Of a DNA stretch of 27,025 nt, positions 19,722 to 27,025 are shown one piece after another (positions within the stretch are counted from its first letter, which is position 1; the number at the start of each line of letters is the position of its first letter). Both the position numbers and the translations under genes were made by a program. This DNA comes from Selaginella moellendorffii (lineage: Eukaryota; Plantae; Lycopodiophyta). The notes beneath the pieces are model-generated. The model was not told the origin of the DNA, searched no databases, and was given only the letters and a program-made list of their open reading frames with translations. The DNA lies in the NCBI RefSeq assembly GCF_000143415.4, contig NW_003314403.1, positions 269,248 through 296,272 on the forward strand, written 5' to 3'.

Positions 19722-22614
19722 TCTTTCTATTCTTTGCTGGAAGGAGCACCAAACAGAGCAGAGAGAGGTGCTGGGCTTAAGAAGGAAGAAATTCTCCTAC
19801 CTTAGCACGAAAGAAATAGCCGGCCTTGTGTGACATGCGCTGGACAATGTTCTTGTGTATTGTGTGAAATATCTACTTACCTGGCTCCAGTGAGCAAACA
19901 AAGTCATACAAGCAAGCTGGACCAAGACAAGGAATTGAGAAAACGAGATTTTATCATAGTGATTATATTGCTTGTAATAATTATTGACAAACTGGATCCT
20001 CAATCTAAGCAAAAACTACAACAAATATAATTAAAGAACAAGGGAATCATAAAAACAAAAAGAAGTGTTTAGACTATTAGGGTAAGAGCCTTTTGTTTAT
20101 ATACAAAAATGGATGGATTATATTCTATATATAATACTGAAAAGCTATTGAAAAGCTATATAATAAATAAGCTAAATTAATCTAAGAGGAAATTAATAAT
20201 AATCTATTTTTGTGCAGTTTTGAATATTGTAGAAACAATATCTTTTCATTTATGCTTTATTTCTATAAGGTATAAGAAGTATATTCTCTTTTTTAAAATA
20301 CAAGGAATATTTTATGATACCTTTAAAAGGGACAGCCAGCATGAAACAAATAATTTCCCTTACGTATTAGGCCAACCCGCAAAGGCCTTAGGCAACATTG
20401 TTTCTACTATTGTATCACACATTAATCAAGGTTTTGATGTTATAAGATGTGATTTTGTTAATGCTACTTAAATCTTTAATGTGTTGATGTCTCTAGCTTT
20501 AGTGGGACATAATTACATAGCTTTTACTATTTTTGGTAATATGATATCTTTTGCTAATGTGAAGTGAATTCAAAGTTATGGATGATGCAATTTACTTCTT
20601 GGAGGATGTTTGAAAATCAAGATGTTATTTATGAATTTAAGTGGATTCTTGTTAATAAGAAATTCAATTACTTTGATAATAACTTTAGAAATAAATTCAA
20701 GATTTTGAAGGGTAAGTGTCAATCATTTAGTTTTTCTCTTTGCCTTTTATATTTTCCCAACTTTTTTCTTGTTTTTTGGCTTTGCCTCTTCAGATTTCTA
20801 CTATTTCTTCCTTATCTATTGCACTTTTTCTCCTAGCACATTGATCAATTCTAACTCTTATAATTATTGTTCTTAGTCTAGTGTTAAGTTGAGTGCTCTT
20901 TGTCCTGCTTAAAATAATTTAGATTTTTTCATGTATTTACTATCTCTTTATATTACTGAATAATATTTTTACCACTACTGACCATGACGTTAATATCTAC
21001 TATTCATATGGGATTAACATGGCTAATACCTAGATTAAACTTATAGATTAGCTTAGGTTACATAAAAGTAGGGTTTTGAGGAATTTTTAATTAAATATTC
21101 AATATAAATTCATATTTTCTTCTATATTTAATATTTAATTAGTAATTTATTATCTTTCTTTTTCTCAACAATGAACTTCTAAGAGATTGAATATTTTGAT
21201 ATCAAAGGCTTTTTTATATCCTCTTCTTCAACTTCAATTATATCAGAAGTCAAACCAAGTATTAAAGTACTCTAGCAAATTATTTAATACCAATAGCAAC
21301 TTGCTGGTTTAATGAGTATGCTAGCAAAGTTTGAAAACACATAATTTAAGTTTTATGGCTTCCTTAACTAAGTTAAACTTTAAATTGTTATGCAACTTAG
21401 CCAATATTCCACTATAACTTTTAGTGTAAGATTAATTAGATTTAGCATGTTCAATAATACTAATTGAGAGTACACCACCATCAATAAGTTACAATAATTT
21501 TGGCAAGGCGGAAAATTTAGATTTGTTTATGTATTAAAGCTCTAAATACTTGCTATTGATATTTCATTGAACAATGTAGATCTCAAGGAACATTTTCATC
21601 TTAGCTTTTATGACAAGATCAAAGATCCCATGCTTTTTCATCTAGATTCAATATCTTTCATGATTGTTATTGATTTTGTTATTTATTGTGATAATCAATT
21701 GTAAGAATGATAATTAGAGTGTAATCATTAAATCTTTATTCCTTATTTAATGTCCTTAATATTGGAACAAATAACACATGAGCAGTTAGTAAATTAAAAT
21801 TAACATCTATATCTGTTTAAACAAGAAATTCTTAAGTGTCTATTTAACCAAACATCCTTAGTTCGGTTTGTTAGTTTTTTTCTCTTTATTTTGCATTGGT
21901 TTATTAAGAATATTATGTATTGAGCACTAATTTCTTTACATGATTACCTTTGTTATCATGCCTTATGTATTATCCTATTTAGTCCCAATAGCTATTTATG
22001 AAAAGTGTTTAAATTTGTGAGTAAAATATATTTATAAAATGTAAAAATTGTCGTGAACATAATAGTATTATTCCCACATCAAAATTCACAATCTAACATT
22101 ATTCCATATTTAATAAGTTTCATGATTGTCCATAAATTAACTCTTAAGACACTCAAAGTGTGCTTTCATATAAGGTGGAAGGGGGGCAGGGGGGAAGGCA
22201 TGGCTGACTAACATGGGATATTGTCTAGCTCCTTTCTTAGCATGTTTGTTGTGTCTGATTTAGATTACTCATATTTTCAATTGATATATTAAAATAGCAT
22301 TAAACTCTATTTGGCTTTTTTTTTGCCCATTGTTTTTGGGCCACATGTTCAAGAGTTAAGATTCTACTTTATAATTATTTTATGGTATAAAGTACACTAC
22401 AAATATTCACTATTTCATTTCTTGAAACACAACTCTTTTCTAGAAGTTAGATCTTCATCGAACATTAGAGATCCTATACTTTTTTTTTTATCTTGAGCTC
22501 CTCCTCCCGCTTTATCTATGCTTTTTTGGTGTATCAATCAAAATTGTAAAACAGTTTAAGCTGAAATGTTACCTCCCTAAACCTTAAAAATCATAAAGCT
22601 AACAAGATCAATGC

Positions 22615-22624
22615 TTTAGGGTTT
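22615..22624. promoter_or_regulatory. Telo-box immediately upstream of the PPR ATG
   Basis: TTTAGGGTTT, the reverse complement of AAACCCTAAA. Confidence 0.45.
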
Positions 22625-22628
22625 TACT

Positions 22629-25193
22629 ATGGGCGCCAATGCTGCCGCCTTCGCGTCTCTACTGCGCGGCGCCACCGATCTCTCGCAATGCCGCTGGATC
22701 CTGGAGCAGCTGATCAACAGCAGGTATGCTGGTGACATCTTCCTGGGGAATTTGGCGCTCCAGATGTTTGGGAAGCTGCATGGCATCGGCGACGCCAGGG
22801 CTTTGTTCCACCGGATGGCACAGACCGGGCGAAATCTCTTCTCCTGGTCGATCATGATCTCGGCACTGTGTCGCGACGGGCATCACCGCGAGGCCCTGGG
22901 GTGTTACCACGCGATGAATCTGGAAGGGGGCATTGAGGCCGATATGGTGATCTTGTCCACCGTCATTGGCGTTTGCTCCGCGCTCCAGAATCTCTGCGAG
23001 GGACGCAAGCTCCACGATCGCGTCGCTGGCTGTGGCCTGGAATCCGACACGGTCGTACACAACGCTTTGGTGAGCATGTATGTGAAGTGTGGCTGCTTGG
23101 ACGATGCTCGAGCGGTCTTCGACACTACTCCGACGCGAGAGAAGGATGCCGTCTCTTGGAACGTGATGATGGCTGCGTACTCCTCGCGAGGTAAGTTCCA
23201 GCAAGCTTTAGAGATTTTCAACGACTGTCTACTCCACTCCGTCCAGGGACCCGATGCCGTGAGCTTTGTCACCGCCATCTCGGCCTGCTGTGGATTAAAA
23301 GACGTGAAGCAGGCTAGAGCTCTGGAGGAGCTCAGTTGTTCGCATGGATTTTTGGAGACCAGCGTTGCGGTCCAGAACTCTCTCATCAACCTCTATGGAA
23401 AATGCGCGAGCTTGAGCGAGGCCAGGTTGGTTTTTGACAGGATTGCTTCCAAGACTGCTGTGAGCTGGAACTCTATAATGGCAGCTTACGGCCAACATGG
23501 AAATAGCTCGGAAGTCTTAAGCTTGTTCCGGAGGATGGACTTGGAGGGCATCGAGCTGAGCAAGGCGACTTATGTCGCAGTTGTCAGTTCGTGCTGCAGT
23601 AATGGAGGTGATGCTGAGACGAGAAGAGAAATTTTGTCACAGGTTTGTTATCGCATTCGTGCTGCCCTCTATTCTGATGTGGTGCTTGGGACTTGTCTTC
23701 TAGATGCACACGCCAAATGCGGGAGTTTGGAAGGGGCTCGCGCTATCTTCGACTTCATGCCTGAAAAGAATGCGCGGACATGGAATTCGATGATCGGTGC
23801 TTGCATCCAGCACGGACACAGCGACGAAGCCATGCAAACGTTCTACGGGATGCAGCTGGAAGGCATCCACGTCACTGACGTGACAGTCATCGTTGTTCTA
23901 GGAGCCTGCACATCGGATCAGCACCTCGACTTCGGCAAGAGGATTCAGAAGAGAGTTTCTGAAGGAAACCATGCTCAGCCAGCGACTGCTCTTCAGAACT
24001 CTCTCGTCAACATGTACGCCAAGTGTGGGTGCCTTGAAGCCGCAAAGAAGAGCTTTGACGAGATGGAACAGGATACGCGAAGTGTGGTCTCCTGGAACGC
24101 AATGATCTCGGCCTACATTCAAAACTCGCGGGATGTAGAGGCCTTGGAATTGTACAAGCAAATGTGCCAGGCAGCAGAGCCAGATTCCTTCACATTCTCA
24201 AGCGTCCTCACCGCCTGCTCCAACTTGAATGCTCTAGAGGAGGGGAAGTTGGTCCACCATCAGGTTGAAGCCACTGGAATGGAACTGGATGGTGTGCTCG
24301 GGAGTGCACTCATCACCATGTATGGCAAGTGCGAAGACTCCGGCAGTGCTCGCCTGGTTTTTGAGAAACTGGTGGAAGAGCAGAGGACGAGCATGGACGT
24401 CGTGTGCTGGAACGCGATGATCTCGGCTTACTCCCAGTGCGGCTGCAGCAGCGAAGCCTTCGAGCTCTTCTACAAGATGGACCTGGAAGGCATCAAACAA
24501 GTCAGTGCGAGCTTCGTCAGCATTCTCGCAGCGTGCAACAGTTTCGACAAAGGGATGGCACTCGAGTTACGGCTGGCTAGTGCGGGACTGGATACGAGCC
24601 AGGAGATTGGAGCCGCACTGATCAACATGCACAGCAGGTGTGGAAACTTGGACCGAGCGAGACGCGTGTTCGACAGCATGGTGCGCATCAACGACGTAAG
24701 AGCATTGCGGAATCCAATCTGCTGGACGGCCATGCTTGCGGCCTACTCCCACCATGGCTGCGCTCGCCAGAGCCTGGAGCTCCTCTTCCTCATGAGCCTC
24801 GAAGGCGTCCAGCCCAACGAGATCAACTTCACCAGCATTCTCAACGCGTGTAGCCATGCAGGCCTCAGCAGCCAGGCGTGGACGAGCTTTCTAGACATGC
24901 ACACCAAGTATGGCGTAGCTCCCGCTGCTCAGCACCTGGTTTGCTTGAGCGACATGCTGGGGAGAGCCGGGATGCTGGGTGAAGCGGAGGCGTTCATCGG
25001 GACCTCGACTTACGATGACACTAGTACCGAGGCCGAGTTCGCTGCTGTGGCATGGAAGTCACTGCTCAACGCTTGCAAACTCCAGGGGAATGCCGGAGCT
25101 GGAGCTCGTGTAGCGGAGAAGCTGGCCGAGCTGGAGCCCGAGGTGTCGGCTCCTTACATCCTCCTGGCCGGTATCTACGCAGCTCAGACGTGA
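22629..25193 (+). CDS. PLS-class pentatricopeptide repeat protein with truncated E domain and no DYW, 854 aa, intronless
   Basis: Repeated P-L-S triplets (NALVSMYVKCGCLDDARAVFD, VSWNxMxxAY, PDxxxFxSVLxACS), terminal ACSHAGL..DMLGRAGML..WKSLLNAC..SAPYILLAGIYA*. Likely an organellar RNA-editing specificity factor, from established family function. Confidence 0.95.
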   Translation: MGANAAAFASLLRGATDLSQCRWILEQLINSRYAGDIFLGNLALQMFGKLHGIGDARALFHRMAQTGRNLFSWSIMISALCRDGHHREALGCYHAMNLEGGIEADMVILSTVIGVCSALQNLCEGRKLHDRVAGCGLESDTVVHNALVSMYVKCGCLDDARAVFDTTPTREKDAVSWNVMMAAYSSRGKFQQALEIFNDCLLHSVQGPDAVSFVTAISACCGLKDVKQARALEELSCSHGFLETSVAVQNSLINLYGKCASLSEARLVFDRIASKTAVSWNSIMAAYGQHGNSSEVLSLFRRMDLEGIELSKATYVAVVSSCCSNGGDAETRREILSQVCYRIRAALYSDVVLGTCLLDAHAKCGSLEGARAIFDFMPEKNARTWNSMIGACIQHGHSDEAMQTFYGMQLEGIHVTDVTVIVVLGACTSDQHLDFGKRIQKRVSEGNHAQPATALQNSLVNMYAKCGCLEAAKKSFDEMEQDTRSVVSWNAMISAYIQNSRDVEALELYKQMCQAAEPDSFTFSSVLTACSNLNALEEGKLVHHQVEATGMELDGVLGSALITMYGKCEDSGSARLVFEKLVEEQRTSMDVVCWNAMISAYSQCGCSSEAFELFYKMDLEGIKQVSASFVSILAACNSFDKGMALELRLASAGLDTSQEIGAALINMHSRCGNLDRARRVFDSMVRINDVRALRNPICWTAMLAAYSHHGCARQSLELLFLMSLEGVQPNEINFTSILNACSHAGLSSQAWTSFLDMHTKYGVAPAAQHLVCLSDMLGRAGMLGEAEAFIGTSTYDDTSTEAEFAAVAWKSLLNACKLQGNAGAGARVAEKLAELEPEVSAPYILLAGIYAAQT

Positions 25194-25284
25194 CGATGGA
25201 AAGAAAAGTTGTCCGGGAACCCAGAGTTTTATTGCTTGGTGGCGAAGAATATATCTACACGGAGGAACTGCAAAGCAAAAGCTT

Positions 25285-26791
25285 TCACGAGGCGATGCAG
25301 CCCGATGAATCCTTCTGTGGCCGGGGAAACGTACTGAATTTGGACGAGTCATTGTGCTCCGGGGTCCGTTTGGCCTTGGAGTCCTCGGAAGGGCCTGGAG
25401 CCGAGTAGCCCGGGGAACTAATCTCCAGTAGCCTCTTCTTTATGTACTCGAAACTAGTGAATGTGATGACCGCCGCCGGCGTTGTTCTCATCAAGTTGGT
25501 CGCACAGCCGCGATAGTAGCCTCGAATCCCTTCTTGCTTCCAGATCTTTTGCACGCAGTCGACCACGCCACTGTATCTTGGATTGGCGGAGTTTCCCTGC
25601 TCTTGTAGCCTGGATCTCACAACCTGCTCGTTCTTACTCAGTGCTTGATCTTTGATATATAGCCAAGGAAGGAGAAAAAGAAGGCTTACCTCGTGAGGAT
25701 ATGTTACAGTCGAAGCAATCATCTTCGACGCTGCCGACGCTCCAATAACACCCAATGTGCCACTGTCAGCGAGACGCTCTTTAAGATGCTCGTAAACGGG
25801 AAACTGAACAGCTACGTGGCTCACCCCAACTAGAGCTGGAACCAATCCACTGCTCGATGTCAAAGCAAGAGAACAGAGTTAGCCAAAACTACGGCTACCA
25901 GCGAAAATACATACCTGTACAGTCCACGAAGTCCTTCCTCTCTTCCAATCCGGACGAGGGAAGAGAATGTTCCGGCATACGGAGCGATCCCGGACTTCAC
26001 TTGCTGAGTCTGTGAAAGAATATCAAACAAATATTAAAGCAAGAAAGAGTGAGCGATCGACATACCTGGAGACGCGTCTTGACAACCCAAAGAGGATTTG
26101 TAGCAATATTAGTTGCCGATCCGGCAACTACAGCAGCTATCATGTGTTCGCCAGGAGACAATTTCTTATCGGGAGAGCCATCTGAAAAGAAGGCACGAGA
26201 GTAAGCTTGAGGAGAAACAAAGATAAGAGAAGAAGTCACCTCTGCGCTCTAGATACCCTTTCATCTGCTCGTAGGCTGTGAAATAAACCTGTGGAAAGAG
26301 CTCGAGTTAGAAACCAGAAAACTTCGTGACATGGATGGATCGATTTGCTGCATACGCACCGCCCAGTTTGGCAGCAATGCGAAGATGGTCGGGGAGAGAC
26401 CGCGGTACATACCCGCAACTCCTTCATTCTGGAAGATCACCGCCAAGCTGCGGACAATCACCCCACCACCTGGGAAGAATCTAAGTTTTGGGAAGAACAG
26501 AAAAAAAAAAGAGAGGAATTTTTATAGTACCCTTCGCGACGGCTTGATCGGGAACAGGAGCTTTGTGAACTTGAAGGCGAGTTTTCACGACATCCAAAGG
26601 ACACACAAACGTCGCAGAGATTGCGCCTATAGAAAGCGCAAAGAATACAATCGAGATGGAAGATGGACTGGATATTTACCAGCGCCGGCGCCAGCGAGCG
26701 CGCTAACGAGCTTGTCGCGCTGGTCTTCTCGGATCCCTTGCAGCCAGCTCTTCATCGCGCTCCCGACTGGATCGGCGTCATTGTGAGTCAT
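25285..26791 (-). CDS. NDT: Mitochondrial carrier family NAD+ transporter (NDT1/NDT2-like), 358 aa, 8 exons
   Basis: Exons 26791-26680, 26626-26531, 26469-26360, 26288-26240, 26181-26066, 26009-25915, 25849-25690 and 25623-25285 join in frame (1077 nt). Motifs [56 protein letters not shown] and [21 protein letters not shown] are characteristic of plant NDT carriers. Confidence 0.92.
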
Positions 26792-26888
26792 CCATCCAAT
26801 TCGCGAGGCAATTGGAGCGATCGAGCTCCCCGGCAATCACGAGCCCTCCGCTTTCCCCCAACCCTAACCCCGATTACACTGACATTGC

Positions 26889-26897
26889 GCCACGTGG
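26889..26897. promoter_or_regulatory. G-box upstream of the NDT-like gene
   Basis: GCCACGTGG about 100 nt upstream of the ATG, with a telo-box-like AACCCTAA at 26860-26867. Confidence 0.4.
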
Positions 26898-27025
26898 AAA
26901 AAAGACACTGGCCCTTTTTTGGATTCCCTATTTCTATTTCTTTGTTTAGGCGTCTCTTATGCTTTGCTTGGCTCCTCGAGAAACGCTTGTCCCGGTGCGC
27001 GCTTGCAAAGGGGCCCGCGAGTCCC

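Larger units (their letters stand above)
14148..20697. repeat. Tandem segmental duplication: copy A about 14148-17803, copy B about 17808-20697
   Basis: Each unit is GRWD1 pseudogene 3' part + P450 + AT-rich upstream region. 17761-17803 matches about 20655-20697, and TCCTCCGATGG at 17808 matches TCCTCCAATGG at 14148. Confidence 0.9.

Noticed and set aside
22659-24857. Antisense and alternate-frame ORFs over the PPR gene (and similar ones over the WD40, P450 and LTI65-like genes)
   Set aside because: These are shadow ORFs expected from GC-rich coding sequence and carry no independent motifs.

Overview
This is eukaryotic land-plant nuclear DNA that is gene-dense and has very short introns (mostly 45-80 nt). 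That architecture, plus a PLS-PPR gene with a truncated E domain, suggests a Selaginella-type lycophyte genome (inference). Seven apparently intact genes are present: an LTI65/RD29-like acidic stress protein (-), a CH-domain kinesin-14 (+) with a U12 AT-AC intron and a 100-N gap, an intronless JINGUBANG-like WD40 gene (+), two tandem CYP71-clan P450s (-), a PLS-class PPR gene (+) and an NDT-type NAD+ carrier (-). A decayed GRWD1/HTD1 pseudogene is partly co-duplicated with the P450. The most unusual part is 1-3883, a run of same-strand, intron-containing, decayed fragments of unrelated genes (kelch-repeat protein, CYP88/KAO-like P450, centromeric histone CENH3, unidentified exons). It ends in a hairpin plus CTAG|T, which fits a gene-capturing Helitron whose 5' end lies outside the window. 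The P450 duplication shows a readable junction, an internal inversion and a copy-specific 89-bp upstream duplication. All family calls come from recognising motifs by eye; no searches were run.
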